Origin: the human T2T-CHM13v2.0 reference genome, Homo sapiens
Reading direction: 5' to 3' (one strand)
Assembly (NCBI RefSeq): GCF_009914755.1
Contig: NC_060927.1
Length of the DNA: 64,000 nt
Shown here: positions 44,845 to 61,369 of the stretch, piece after piece
Position numbering within the stretch: the stretch's first letter is position 1
How the letters are laid out: every line of letters starts with the position of its first letter
Position numbers and translations under genes: made by a program
Notes under the pieces: model-generated
Told to the model about the DNA's origin: nothing
What the model saw: the letters and a program-made list of their open reading frames with translations, nothing else
Database searches by the model: none

Positions 44845-45079
44845 ATAGAAATTACAACGATAAAAGTGAGAATGTGAATTAAGGGAATTTTCAGGTAAAC
44901 AAAAGACGAGAGGAGTATTGCCAGTGGAATTACTTCAAAAGCACTAAAGCAATTGCTTCAGGTTAATGGGTATTTACTGAAACTGTCAACTGTTCCAATA
45001 AACACCTTATATTAGGTTTAGAACATTTTCTTATAATCCTAAGAAATATTGCATGATTAAACTAAAATAAGATAGATGC

Positions 45080-46030
45080 CAAAAATGTGCACTTTCACAC
45101 ATTCTTTTAGGCATTTACTGCAGATCATAGCCAGTGCCATAAAACAAGAAAATAAATAAAAAGCATAAAGATTGGAAATGGAAAATGTAATACTCTCATT
45201 ATTAAAAGACTATATGATTACTTATATTAAAAAGTCGAAGGAATCTACAAGATGACTACTATAACTAGTCATACTAGGGGATCAGGAATACTTCAGGTTA
45301 TAGGATCAGAATGTATTATCAATTGTGATTTTATATATGATAACCAAATAATTAGATAATAAAATTTTAAAATAGCATTTATTATAGCATAACAATTATA
45401 GTTCTTAGGAATAAATTCAACAAAAAATGTTTAAGACTTCTACATAATAAACTATAAAACAATGATAAAATAAATTAAAGAATATCTAAAAAATACAGTA
45501 CAGTCACAGATTCAAAGACTCAATATTAAGATGCTAGTTTCCCCCAAATTGATCTACATATTCAAAACAATTCCAGTGAAAATCTTAGCAGACTTTTTTT
45601 TTGGTAGAAATATATTAGTTGACTCAATATTACGAAGGTCCAAAGGATATACACAATCTTAAAACAATCTTGAAAAAAAGAAAAGAAATGGTGGAATACT
45701 CATGTTATTGATTTTCTGTCTTTCCATAATGTTTTATTAATAAAGATTGCATGATTTTGCCCTATGGAAAGACAATAAGATCAATGGAACAAGTTAGAAA
45801 GCTCAGAACTAAACCTCTATTTATTTGGTCAATTGATTTTCAACAAGCTGTCATAGTAATATAATTCAGAAAGGAAATTCTTACAACAAATTCGGTAAAT
45901 ATGTGAGGAGAGAAAATAATTTTGATGCCTCTCTCACAGCACCTGCAAAAGGTAATTCACAATTGACCAAAGACTTAATTGCAAAAGCTTAAATTTTAAA
46001 TAAAAAGTACAACTTACAGAAAAAAAAAAG
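45080..46030 (+). mobile_element. Old L1M ORF2 remnant
   Basis: Degenerate ORF2 motifs (ttaggaataaattcaacaaaa, agatcaatggaacaag, caattgattttcaacaa). Confidence 0.7.
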
Positions 46031-47695
46031 CTTTCTGGCTTTGATGAGGGTTTTGAATGCAAGGATATGTTCACTTGTCAAATTTATTCAAATTATATTT
46101 AAGATCTGTGTATTGCACTATATATGTAATTTTTTAAATTTATTAAGAGATAGGTCCTCACTGTATTGCCCAGGTTGGTCTCTTGATGGTCACTTGAACT
46201 ATAGGTTCAAGATTCACCTCAGCCTCCCAAGTAGCTTGGACTACAAACACATGTCATTACCCCAGGCTTATGTTCTATTTGAAGTTCATTGCAAATGCAA
46301 TTTGATGAGGCAAGGCACAGATGGTGGTCATGTCCATAGTGTGGTAAGCAACTGACAATCATATCTGGAATGAAACGCAGTCTAGACTTCCTGACTACTT
46401 GAGGATGCAAGTATAAGAGCAGAAAAGAAAACAGAGGGAGAATTGTATGGACCTTGTTCTCTACATTGTAGCTTTGTAACTCTTGGTATCTTTCCCACTT
46501 CCTAATTCTTGGGTACCTAAAGGACAACTAAAACCTAAATGAGACTCCCACTACATGGTGATATTAATGACACATAACATTAATAGAGTATTCCAGAGTG
46601 TCCTACAATAAATAGCAGTGTGTCGGTTGGACTGTTGCAATCTGCACCTGGGTGTTCTGTTCTGGAAATATTTTGTATTTGAACACCACAAATTAATGGC
46701 TTAGGGATGGCCACTGATCTCATTCCAAGTTGTCCAGGATGGAGTTCTGAGACCATAAAGAGTGTTTTATTGGTTGACTAGGTGGTGTCTGGATATTTTA
46801 GTAATTATTCACAAAGGGTTGTGGGAAAGCTTTCTGAATGAGATGAAACCTCAATTGATAGGACCTTTGGAGACATGTATGAGTTAGCAATGCAAGGGAA
46901 TTAGGGAAGAGGATAAAGAAGAGGACCTTTTAGCTATCTATATTATTTTCAAATATGTGGAATAATCTAGTTCTCCCAAAGGAGACAGATATTTTTAAAA
47001 TAATGTTTTATCTATTTTTTACAAATCATTCCCTGTATATCTGTATGAAATTATAGAAAGTAGATAACCTATGTAAACCTAGCATAAATTTCTAAATCTG
47101 TATGTTCAAAATATTTATTCCTTATTTGTTTGTGTCACCAAAACACTTTCTTGTTTTTATTTTATTATATCAATTACTATTTGCAATTTTCATTAAGCAC
47201 AAGTTTATTTTCATAGGAATTGCAGCATGTTTACTTATAGTACACAAAAAAAACTAGTGCAATGTGTAAAAATCAGTAAACATATAAAAATGTTCTCCTT
47301 TACCTTTCTGTTTTATTAGTCTTATCTGGTATATATTTCCTTAAACATAAAATAATAGTAAATTTAGTTCACTCCTATTATTTATATTTTACTATTTCTA
47401 TGTGGAAACTCATATCAAAGATAAATCATTTGAATAACCTAGATTATAATAACTCAAATTTAAGATGATTCTTACATGGTTAATAGTTTATGATTTATGT
47501 TTGAAGCAACCCAGAAACATGTGTTAAACTTGACATCTGAAATTTAATAAGGTACAAAGATATAATTGTGAATGAGCAAATTTTATTTCTCAATTAAGGA
47601 TAAATAAATACATTCTACTTTAATAATTTACTTTTTAAAAAAGTAATGAGCTGTAGTTTTGACTTTCTGAAGCATTTTTGTTTGGAGTAGAGTGT

Positions 47696-48512
47696 TGTAC
47701 TAGTATTCTATGGCTGCTGTAACAAATTACCACAAATTTACTGATTTAACACACATCTGGAGGTCAGAAATATAAAATGTGTCTCATTAGGCTAAAATAA
47801 ATATATCAATTACTATTTGCAATTTTAATTAGCACAAGTTTAATGAAAGCAGGACTGCATTCCTTTCTGGAGGCTCTAGGAGACAATCTACTTATTTGTG
47901 CTCTTTAGCATGTAGAGGCTGGCAGGATTTTATTTATTATTTATTTATTTTCTGGCTCAAGGATAATTTTCCTGTCTTAAGGTCAACAAATCAGTAACCT
48001 TAATTCCATATGCAAACTTAATCCCCCTTGGCATGTAATTTAGCGTATATCACAGATTCTGGGGAGTTGGATTTGAAGACAGTATTTTGCCTACCACAGT
48101 CTGCCCTTGGCTTCTAAAGATTCATATCTTTCCCACATACTAAAACATATTCTCCCTGTTCCAACATCCCCAAAGATCTCATCCCATTATAGCATCAACT
48201 AAAAATCCAAAATAACATGTCATAACTTACATTAGTTCAAAAATCCCTAATTTCATAATCTAAGTAAAGTATGGTTGAGATTATGAGTATATACCATCTT
48301 GGGTCAAAGTTTCTCTCCATCTATTAATTGTGAATTTCAAGAAAAAAGATATCTACTTTTAAAACACAAGGATTTGAAAAACATACACCAATTATAAACA
48401 TTTTTATTTTAAAGGGTGGAAAAATGAAAGAAAATATGAATCAACAGTTTAAAATAATTGTTAAATCCAGCCATGGAAACTCCATTTGGTTTCAAGGCCA
48501 GGGACTAATTCT
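47696..48512 (-). mobile_element. MLT1 LTR plus adjacent internal sequence
   Basis: ggctgctgtaacaaattaccacaaa, tctggaggtcagaa, ggaggctctagg, gcctaccaca, then MLT-int-like sequence. Confidence 0.75.
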
Positions 48513-48513
48513 T

Positions 48514-49569
48514 AGGTAGGTATCAGGTAAATAAAGACTGAAAAATAATAGTAAAATATAAGTTGTCTTCTATTTCCTCAAATAATTTATTTACTGGTTT
48601 AATAGTACAAATTAACTCAGAGGCAAAATTTTGCCTAACAGAACAGAATTCTCTACTAATAAAAAGAAGTCTTTTTTTTTTTTTTTTTTTAGACAAGTCT
48701 CACTGTTGTCCAAGTTGGAGTGCAGTGGTGCAATCTTGGCTCACTACATCCTCCACCTCCTGGGTTCAAACAATTCTCCTGCCTCAGCCTCCTGAGTAGC
48801 TGGGACTACTGGCATGCGCCACTATGCCCAGCTAATTTTAGTATTTTTAGTAGAGACGAAGTTTCACTATGTTGGCCAGGCTGGTCTTGAATTCCTGACC
48901 TCGTGATTTGCCCACTTCGGCCTCCCAAAATGCTGGGATTACAGGTATAAGCCACCATGCCTAGCCAAAAAAGAAGTATTTTATTCAAATAAATTGGAAT
49001 ATATATTCATTTACTTTTGACTCTAAAACCTTCAAGCAGATTTGAATTGGTATTTACAAAACCAATGATAAACTGAAATAATATTTATTGATTTAATCTA
49101 TAGAATTTTTGAGTCTTAGCTCAAGTGATGTCTTCTAGGAGATTTGATATCGTCATTTTTAGATTTAGAAAATATTGTTAAATATTTCAAGAAATTTAAG
49201 AAATGAAATAATTGCTTCAGTTACTTCCTCTTACATAAGAGAAAGAACGTTGACCTAACCGGAATGAGATAGTACCTAAAGCAATTATTTCATTTCTTAA
49301 CTATTACTTAAGTTTATCATTGCTCTTGTAAATACCTATTCTAATCTGCTTAAAGGTTTTAGAGTCAAAGGTTTTAGAGTGAAAAGTAAATAAATATATA
49401 TTCCAATTTATTTGAATAAAATACTTGTTTTTCTTAGTAGAAAATCCTGTTAGTCAAAATTTTGCCTCCAGATTCATTTATATTATTAAACCAGTAAATA
49501 AATTGTTTTAGGGAATAGAAGCCAACCTATATTATTATTTTTCATTCTTTATTTTCCTGCTACCTACCC
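48514..49569. repeat. Long inverted repeat (fold-back), arms ~300 bp, loop ~33 bp
   Basis: Left gtaggtatcaggtaaataaag...atttatttactggtttaata...ggcaaaattttg...tattcaaataaattggaatatatat...ctctaaaacctt...ttaagaaatgaaataattgctt is mirrored in 49266-49569. Confidence 0.9.
48672..48966 (-). mobile_element. AluS (Sg-like) in left arm of the inverted repeat
   Basis: TSD aaaaagaagt; poly(T) at 48672-48690. Confidence 0.93.
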
Positions 49570-49717
49570 AAGTTATAATTATGTTTATCAAATATAAGAA
49601 AGCCCCATCAGGTGCAAGTGATGAAATATATATGGACATTTATTTTATGTTTTTTAAAAAATTAGAAATTCAGTTCTAGCAGAATAAAAATAGCCATTTT
49701 TTAATTACACATGCATG

Positions 49718-49951
49718 CTTGGCTCACTGCAACCTCCACCTCCTGGGTTCAAGCGAGTCTCCTGCCTCAGCCTCCCAAGTGTCTGGGATTACAGGTGCAT
49801 GCCACCATGCCTGGCTAATTTTTGTATTTTTATTAGAGACAGGGTTTCATTATTTTGGGCAGGCTGGTCTTGAACTCCTGACCTCAAGTGATCTGCCTGC
49901 CTAGGCCTCCCAAAGTGCTGGGATTACAGGCATGAGCAACTGCGCCTGGCC
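49718..49951 (-). mobile_element. AluS lacking 3' end
   Basis: Antisense Alu starting at ttggctcactgcaacc; no T tail. Confidence 0.88.
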
Positions 49952-51312
49952 TTAGATGGGTTTATTTGCTGTATATTACTTCAGATTACATTTCTAACAT
50001 AGAGTGCAGAAAGCAGAATTTTGACAATAATAACTCTTATGTTAGAGAAAAATGTACTAATCTTTAATAAGTATGTGATACATATATTAAATATTTAAAA
50101 AATAATTGTCTTTAAGAGAACTGATATGACTTTGAAGGTTTGCTTTTTTATGCATCAGTTTTTATCTGGTAATGAAAGGATCATTTTTAACTCAACAGTT
50201 CAGGATTAAAATGTGAATTGTATAATGTGTTACCCCAAGTGATTGATCACTATTAGTACTATTACCATGTTTATAATTATTATTTTTATTTAAATTTAAA
50301 TTTAAATAAAAGTGTTACCTTTTCATTTGCTTATTAATCACAATAATGTTGTTTTTACTATCTCAGCTAAAATATTATTTTCTTCTGGATTATAATTTCA
50401 TAATTTTGTGATATGCAGCTTGTTTACTAAAGCAGTATGTCACAATAACAAGTTTGTAAATTTTGGAATTTGACCACCTTGTTCCATATTCTTACTCTGT
50501 CATTTACTACTTTTTAGTATTATTAATCTCAAACAAATGACTTTATTTTGCTAAACTTTGATTTTAATGTCTGTTATATGGACCACTCTGTCAAATTTCT
50601 TACTTAATAAACAGTATATAGCAATAATTATTACTATATATACAGTTAACAAGTTTTGGAGAATATTTTATGCGAGTCTAAATTTATTGATGCTGGTGTA
50701 CTTGCACAAAGTCTTGAATTCATTGTACATATCCCATAAATAACCTGACTTTGGTTTAGATGTTTGACTGCTGACAGCTTTCAGTACCTACATTTCCCAA
50801 TTTCTCTTTTGTCTGCATCTGTGAAAATTGCTAAGGATACCTTGGTTTTCCTTCCTTTGGCACTGACAGGAAATTCAAACCATGCAAATCCTAGCCATGT
50901 GAGGCAACCCTCAACACAACCCCATTTCCCAATCACATAAAACCCCAAGCCACTTGCCACTGTGCTCTCTTGTTTTTAGTGCTTTGGTGCTTTGGTGCTT
51001 GCTCTGCTCTACCCAGAAACCCTCATTTTCCAAGAATTTTAGCCTCATTTTAGCCTCATTTTAACTTCTTGGTGATTGTGTGCAACCATTAGTCTTGACA
51101 TTCAAACCAATTATAGGTGAATGGGAATGGAAGGGTGTCTTCTGTTTTTAAAAGTTACTAAAGCAACTATATTAGGTAATTTGATGTTTTATGATTTTTT
51201 TGCTCAATTGTTACATAAATCATGAACTAAATAGTGACATGATAAATATAATCTCTATGATTTAATTTTGTTGATTTATTTGTATACTCTAAACTCTGTT
51301 TTAAGTGTTGTA

Positions 51313-52296
51313 TAGTCACGTATCACTTAATGATGAGGATACATTCTGAGAAATGCATCATTACGCAATTTCACTGCTGCGCAAACCTCATAGAATATAC
51401 CTACACAAATCCAGATGATGTAGCCTACTACGTACCTAGGCTGTATGGTATAGCCTATTGCTGCTAGTCTACAAATCTTTTCAGTATGTTACTGTACTGA
51501 ATGCTGTAGGCAATAATAAGCAATAGTAATGGCTCATATTTCTAAAAATATCTAAACATAGAAAAGGTCTAGTAAAAATATGGTATAAAAAGTGTTTTTT
51601 TTTTTTGTTTTGTTTTTGTTTTTTAAAGAGGCACACCCACTTAGGGCACTTACCATGACTGGAACTTGTAAGACTAAAAGTTTCTCTGGGTGAGTCAGTG
51701 AGAGGTGGGTGAACCTGAACACCTAGGATACTACTCCATGCTACTACAGGCTTTATAAACACTGCACAATTAGGCTACACTAAAGTCATTTAAAAATTTT
51801 TTCAATGATAAGTTAACTAGCTTACTGTAACATTTTTACTTTATAATTTTAAAAAACATTTTTATTTATAACACTTAGCTTAAAACCTGTGTATAGGTGT
51901 ACAGACATATGTTCTTTCTCTATGTCCTTATTCTATAAGCTTTTTTTCTATTTTTAAATTATTTTATTTTCTGCTTTCTACCTTCTTTAGTTAAAAACTA
52001 AGAAACAAACATACAAATTAGCCTAGGCTTAAACAGAGTCAGGACTGTTAGTAACACTGCCTTCCAACTTCACATGTTGTCCCACTGGAAGGTCTTCAGT
52101 GGCGATAACATTCATGGAATTCTTATCTCCTATAATAACAATGCTTTCTTCTGGAATATGTTCTGAAGGACCTGCCTAAGGCTGTTCTACAGTTAACTTA
52201 TACACAGTTATATAAGGAGTACACTCTAAAATAGGAGTATACTCCAAAATAATATTTTTAAAGTATAGTATATTAAATACATAAACCAGTAACATA
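51313..52296. mobile_element. Tigger3 (Tigger3b-like) DNA transposon
   Basis: tagtcacgtatcacttaatgatgaggatacattctgagaaatgcatc...tagcctactacgtacctaggct resembles the Tigger3 terminus. Confidence 0.8.
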
Positions 52297-52968
52297 GATA
52301 AAAAGGAATAATACAGTAAAAGTGTGCTTTGGAATGTCAAGGTATGCCCTCTGGGGGTCATGACATCACAAATAAGTTTGTGAGTAGATGGTTCACCTTC
52401 CTTTTGTTCCTATTTTATCAGTATTATCACTTTACTAAAGAAGTTACCTATGACCAATTTCTTTCCGGAGAAAAATGTTAACCCTTAATAAGAGATGGCT
52501 CTGCAAGATATACTGGTACCAATAGAAAGTGAACTGCTATGGCAGTCATACTTTAGGGATTTTTCCCTGAAGAACCGTAGAGATGGGAAATCTTGTCAGC
52601 AGCTACAATTTGAAAGGAACTATTCTTTGTCCAGGAGAATTAATCCTGTAATAGTTCGGTGTTTTCCACACACTTTATCTGTTGTCTTATATTTTTTCAA
52701 TCTCCTGTAGATAGAGATAAATGATGATGTAATGTAATGACATCTGACCAAAGGCTATGAAACAGAGTAAGGAATGTTAACATAGTCCTTCAGCTTTCTT
52801 TCTCCTGCTGCAGCAATTGAGCAAGACTCATGTTTCAAATGGTACAGATATAAGACAATAAAGCCTCCATCAGTGTGTGGTTCCAAGTGATTTTTGTAGC
52901 AGAGCCCCTGCTTGTATATTCACCATACTATGCTCTGTATCTGTAACAGGAATAAAAAGGAAACCTTT

Positions 52969-53262
52969 GGCCGGGCGCGGTGGCTCACACCTATAATCCC
53001 AGCACTTTGGAAGGCTGAGACAGGCAAATGATTTGAGATCAGGGGTTCGAGTCCAGCCTGGCCAACGTGGTTAAACCCCATCTCTACTAAAAATTCAAAA
53101 AAAATTAGCCAGGCATAGTGGTGGGCACCTGTAATCCCAGCTACTGGGAGTCTGAGGCAGGAGAATTGCTTGAACCCTGAAGGCAGAGGTTGCAGTGAGC
53201 AGGGATCATGTCACTGCACTCCAGCCTGGGTGACTGAGCAAGACTCCATCTAAAAACAAAAC
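52969..53262 (+). mobile_element. AluS
   Basis: ggccgggcgcggtggctcac start; TSD aaaaggaaacctttg/aaaaggaaatctttg. Confidence 0.93.
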
Positions 53263-56211
53263 AAAAAGGAAATCTTTGTTCTGTTAAGTAATTGAGATGG
53301 TAAGATTTTTTTTTCTTAGTGTATTCTGCTATATTCTGACTAATACTAATGGTCAATGGTAATTCATGAATGATAACAAGTGGTTTGACAGGATATTCAG
53401 GTATGCGGAAGGAACAAGATTAGAGAATTTTCTATCAGAGATATTTAAACTTAGGTTAAGCAACATAGACCAAACTCACTGCTGAAAATCAAAGTGAAAG
53501 GGGGAAAATATATTTATTATTATTTCATCAAAATCTTCAACATGCAAAAACAAAAACTGCTGCCTGTCCCAAATATTTGGTGTCTTTGTGAGTTTAGAAG
53601 TTTTAAACCGAAGGGCAAAATGCTTTCACCAGAAAACATAAGAGAGATTCCTTTGAATTGAAGTTGCAACTGACCATTGGACCACTAAAAATTTCACTGA
53701 TGCATCAGGTGTTTGAATCTTCATAAGATTTGTCTTCCATCTTCTAGAGCACACATATCTTACCAAGGCATCCATCCAGTGTCAAACCAGCACTTGCTCA
53801 TCTTATGCAATCAGTACAAAACCATAGATGTAAAGAATCAGTGCAGTGTAGGCTATCCAGATGATATAGACCTCTGTAAACTATATTTTGATAGAGGACA
53901 AGAGAATAAAAATGGCCATCAGCAAACGTTATAAATAAGTGTTGTCTATTCAATACCAACTCCCTGTTTCCATTCTTCTTTAATGGAGATTAAAGAAAAT
54001 ACATTTGCCAAACCAATCATCATAAAATTGACATCTGTGGTTTTATTAATTTACTTGTGCATTGATACCAGCTGTCATTGGAATTATTACTTAAATGATC
54101 CCGCTGTGATCCACAGTCATTCTACAGGATCTTATTTTTTCAAGGGCTAGACTGGCAAATTAAATGCAGCTATAACAGGAGTCACCTCTCCTGCATTATT
54201 TAGGCCTTTAATAATAGAACTAATCTCTCCCAGGAAACAATATTGTTATTGATGATACTATTTGGTTGTGTATGTGCATGTGTGTGTGTGCACTTGTGTG
54301 TGTGTGTGTGATGGAGTGTGTTTTAGAGACTCCCACATGGTCTTCCCCACTATGATAGCTCTGCTCCACAGATAAGGAACCTAATGTGAGTGTTACTACA
54401 ACTTTCAAGCACATTAATTTCAATTATACATCATGGATTAGAGAAATGACCACTATGTGGATTTATGAATTCAGTAAACCCACTGTGAACTGGCCTTTAG
54501 CCAAGACTTCATTGTTTATCCGGCTCTAGTTATTATTTTAGCAGTGGGACATAATAACATTTTGCTCATTGTTCTTGAGGCACCAACATCAAATCAAATA
54601 TTGTATCCTACAGTCTGGCTGCTCTCATTCTACAGTTAAGTGACTGTAGGTCCCTTTGGGGATGGACTGAAGGAATTATTATGGTGTATACTTATTAAGG
54701 TATTGTAGGGTCCTTCCTTCACAAAGCCCAAACACATCTTTAGTCAATGAACCTGGAAATAAAAGTTGACTCGAGTTTGGGAACTAAGCAGAGGATGATG
54801 ACTTTTTGTTGGGATAAACACCCTCGATATTCTGCTTTTGAATTCTTGCTTTTTTGGGGTTTCAGATATTAAGTAGCATACAATTTGACCACTCTTCACT
54901 CTCTCTTTTTGTTATTGTGGTAAAATGCATACTATGTAAAATTTATTATTTTAATCATTTTTAACGTATTTTCAGTGGTGTTAAGTACATTCTATTGTCG
55001 TGCATCTTCTCATCATCCCTCTCCAGAACTCTTTATGGTGAAAAACTAAACCTCTATATCCACTAAATCATAATGATGAATGGCAACCTCAATTCTGTTT
55101 TCTGTCTCTATGATTTTGATGATTCTAGGTACCTCATATAAGTAGAATAATAGAGTATTTGTGTTTTCATAACTGGCTTTTTCACTCAGACTAATGTACT
55201 TAAGGTTCATATATGTTGTAGTATATGCCAGAATTTTCTTCATTTTTAAGGTGTAATATTTCATCATATTTCTATACCCTATTTTCCTCTGCTGATATAA
55301 ATGGTCAGTTTTTTCAATGCTTTCACTGTTGTGACTAATGCTGATATAAACATGGGGAATGCATATCTTCCTGAGACCCTGTTTTTAATTCTTTTGAGCA
55401 TATACCTAGAATTGGAATTGCTGGATCATATGGTAATTCAATTGTTAATTTTTTCAGGAACTGCTATATTGTATTCCATAGTGGATGCACTATAAAAACA
55501 CATTCTCACCAACAGTGCACATTGCACGAAGATTTCAATTTCTCTTCATCCTCACCAAAACTTATTTGCTGTTGTGTGTGTGTGTGGTGTGTGTTTTAAA
55601 GAGTAGCCATTCTAATGGTTGTGAGGTGATATCTCATTGTGGTTTTAATATACACTTCTTTAGTGATTAATGGTGTTCAGCATCTTTTCATATGCTTCTT
55701 GGCCATTTGTAGATCTTTGAAGAAATGTCCATTCAACTTTTGAATCAGAATTTTGCTGTTGTTGTTCTTAAGTTTTAGCAATTCTCTATATATTCTGCGT
55801 ATTAATTTCTTATCAGATAAATTGTTTATTTTCAGTATTTCACCATTGATTATGATGTTCCCTATGAATATTTCATATATGGCTTTTATTACATTGGGGT
55901 AATTTCCTTTTATTCTTGGTTTGTTCAGTCTTCTTATTATAAAGGGTGTTGAACTTTGAAATTTCTACTATATCAATTGAGATGATCATGTGGGTTTTTT
56001 CCTTCTTCTTGTTAATGTGGTATGTCATATTGATCAATTTTTTAGGTTGAATCAGCCTTACATTACAGGAATAAATCCCACTTGATCATGGTGTGTAACC
56101 CTTTTAATATCCTGCTGCATTTTGTTTGCTAGCATTTTGTTGAGGATTTTGCATCAATGTTCATCAAAGATATCAAGTTTTAGTTTCTTGTCATGTCTTT
56201 ACCTGGCATGA

Positions 56212-56981
56212 TGTGTAGGGAAAAACTCTCCTCAAACCACGATTTTCCTCTGCTCTCACACCACAACAATCATGAACACAGAAGAAGACTTCTGTGACCA
56301 AATGTGTTGGGGGGGATTCCCTACACACCAAGGAGTGGACACCAGCTGTGTGTCCTCCAATTCAATTCCAACACTATTTACCCAGAGAGAGAGTGTCAGA
56401 TCCCACAGATTGAGGGATCAGTCCCCAAGACTGCACTTCTACACACACCAGTCACAAGTCTGGGCCTCTGGAAATTTTGACCAACCAGCTTCACATTGGG
56501 ATTTCCATGATCCTCTCTTTGGGTTTGATTAATTTACTGCAGTGGCTCATGGAACTCAGGGAAACACATTTACCAGTTTATTATAAAGAATATTGCAAAG
56601 AATAGAGATGAGGAGATATGTAGAGTGAGGCATGGGGTAAGGGGTGCAGAGCTTCCATGCCCCCTTTGGGCACACAGCTCTCTAGGAACCTCCATGTGTT
56701 CAGATATCTGGAAGCTCACTGTCCTCGGGTTGTTATGGAAGCTTGATGATGTCAGCATTCCTTCCTCCAGCGACTAGGGTGAGACCCTCTCATGGGAGGC
56801 TCTTAAGACCCACAATCAGAAAGGCTGGGGAACATTATAGTAAAATCAGGCTAGGAAAAGATCAGAGGCCTATCCCTGAAGACTGATACATCCAACATTA
56901 TAACAGAAGATTGTAACAAGGGCTATGGGAGTTATGAGCCAGGAACCATAGATGAAAACCAATATATATCATAACACCACA
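56212..56981 (-). mobile_element. MER21 LTR
   Basis: aagacttctgtgaccaaatgtgt, tcagatcccacagattgagg, ggctcatggaactcagggaaaca, ctatgggagttatgagccaggaacc. Confidence 0.8.
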
Positions 56982-57256
56982 CTTGGTACCAAGGCAAGGC
57001 TAGCCTCACATACTGAATTAGGAAGTGTTTCCTCCTCAATATTTTGGAAAAGTTTGAGAGGATTGGTATTAGTTCTTTCAATGTTTGTTAACATTCACCA
57101 GGGAAGCCATCAGGTCCATTGTTTTCTTTATTGGAACATGTTTCACTACTAATTTCTTCTTCTTACTGGCTAGAGTTATGTTCAGATTTCTTCATGGTTA
57201 ATTCTTTGGAGGTATTATGTTTCTAGACATTTGTCCACTTCATCTCACTTATCCAG

Positions 57257-59065
<1,809 letters not shown>

Positions 59066-59502
59066 TTTCTTTATTTCTGTAGATTATTTAGTAATGCCCC
59101 CACTTTCCTTTGTGATTTAATAATTGTAGCCTTTCGGTTTTTTTCTTTGTCCATCTAGCTAAAGTTTTGTCAATTTGTTGATGCTCTTGAAGAATCAACT
59201 TGTGGCTAAATTAAACTTTTCTAGTATTTTTCTATTGTTTATTTATTTTATCTCTGCCCTAATCTTTATTATTTCCTTCTACTGACAGATTTGTGTATAG
59301 TTTGTGCTTCTTTTTCCAGTTTTGTAAGTTGTAAACTTAGGGTGATGATTTGAGATTTTTCTTATTTTTAATGTAAGCATTTATAGCTATAAATGTTTTT
59401 AGCACTATTTTTACCATCTTCTATAAGTTTTGGTATGTGTGTTTTTTGTTTTCATTACTCTATGCAATTTCTAATTCCATTTGTGTTATTTTATTTGATC
59501 TA

Positions 59503-59860
<358 letters not shown>

Positions 59861-61369
59861 GGTTGTATATCTTATTTAATTTTCACAAATTAGTGAACTT
59901 ACCTGTTTTTCTTCTTTTATTGATTTCTAACTTTAATTTATGGAGAAGATACTTTGTGTGATATCTATCTTTTTAAATATACTGATCCATAATTTGTGGT
60001 CTAATATATGCTTTATCCTGGAGAATTTCCATATAAACTTGAGAAGAATGTGCATTCTGTTTCTGTTTGGTAGAGGGTCTTGGTATATATCTGTTAGATC
60101 TACTTGACTTTTGTGTTGTGTGAGTCATTTATTTCCTTCTGCCTGGTTGTTCTATCATTATTAAGAATGGGGTATTGAAGTCTTTAATTAATATTGCAGT
60201 ACTATTTCTTCCTTCAATTCTGTCAATTTTTAAAATATATTTTGCTGATCTGTTATTAGTAGCATAAATATTTATAATTGTTATATCATCTTTCTGTACT
60301 GAAATTTTCATTAGCATATAGTGTTCTTCTTTGTCTCTTATAAGCCATTTTGACTTAAAGTCTATTTTGTCTCGTATTAATGTATTCAACCCTCCTTTCT
60401 TTTGGTTACTATTTGCATGGAATATCTTTTTCCATTCTTTCACTTTCAATCTAGAATGTCTTCGACTCTAAAGTGAGTCTCTTGTAGGCAGGATATAATT
60501 GAGTCCTTTAAAAAATTTACTTATCCCATCTATGTGTTTCATTTGGAGAGTGATATAGAAGAATTCAGTTGTTATTTTATTATTTGTTTTCTATATGCCT
60601 TATAGTTTACTTTTTATCTGTTGTTTAATGTATTACTGTCTTCTTTTGGTTTTGGTTGACTTTTTATAGTGACATGTTTGAATCTCTTTTTTATTTCTTG
60701 TTAGTGTCTATTCTATAGAGTTTTGTGGCTATAATGAGGATCACACTTAAACTTCTAAAGTTATAAGATTCTAATTTGAATTAAAATTACCTTTTTCAGT
60801 CATAGATGTCACAAAATTACATCTTTATATGTTGTGTGTGTGTCCAAAAAATAAACTAATACTTGTGTTTTAATCCATTAGTGTTTTAACTTATGTAGAA
60901 AATTTTAAAATTGCAGTTGTAAAGCATTGTTACAATAAGGCTAGCTATGATAATTGCCTGTATATTTACCTTTACTGAAACCATTATTTCTTCGTGTGGC
61001 TTCATGTTTCAACTAGCAGGAGTTTCTTTAGAATTTCTTATAGGACATGCCTTCTGGTAATGAATTCCCTAAGCTTTTGATTGACTAGGGATGTCTTAAA
61101 TTTCCTCTTAGTTTTGCTGCATATAGGATTCTTGTTTGACAGTTTTTTTCCTCATAGTAGCTGCGTACTTCAGCCTACTGCCTTTAACCCTCTAATGTTT
61201 CTAATGAGAAATCTGCTTAAAATCTTGGTGCAGAGACCTTGTATATGACAAGCACTTCTCTCTCACTGTTTTCATGATTCTTTGTCTTTTAAACATTTGA
61301 TTGTAATGTGTCTGTGTTAGTCTATTTGAGTTCATCCTACTTGGAGCATGTTAAGCTTCTTCTACATGC

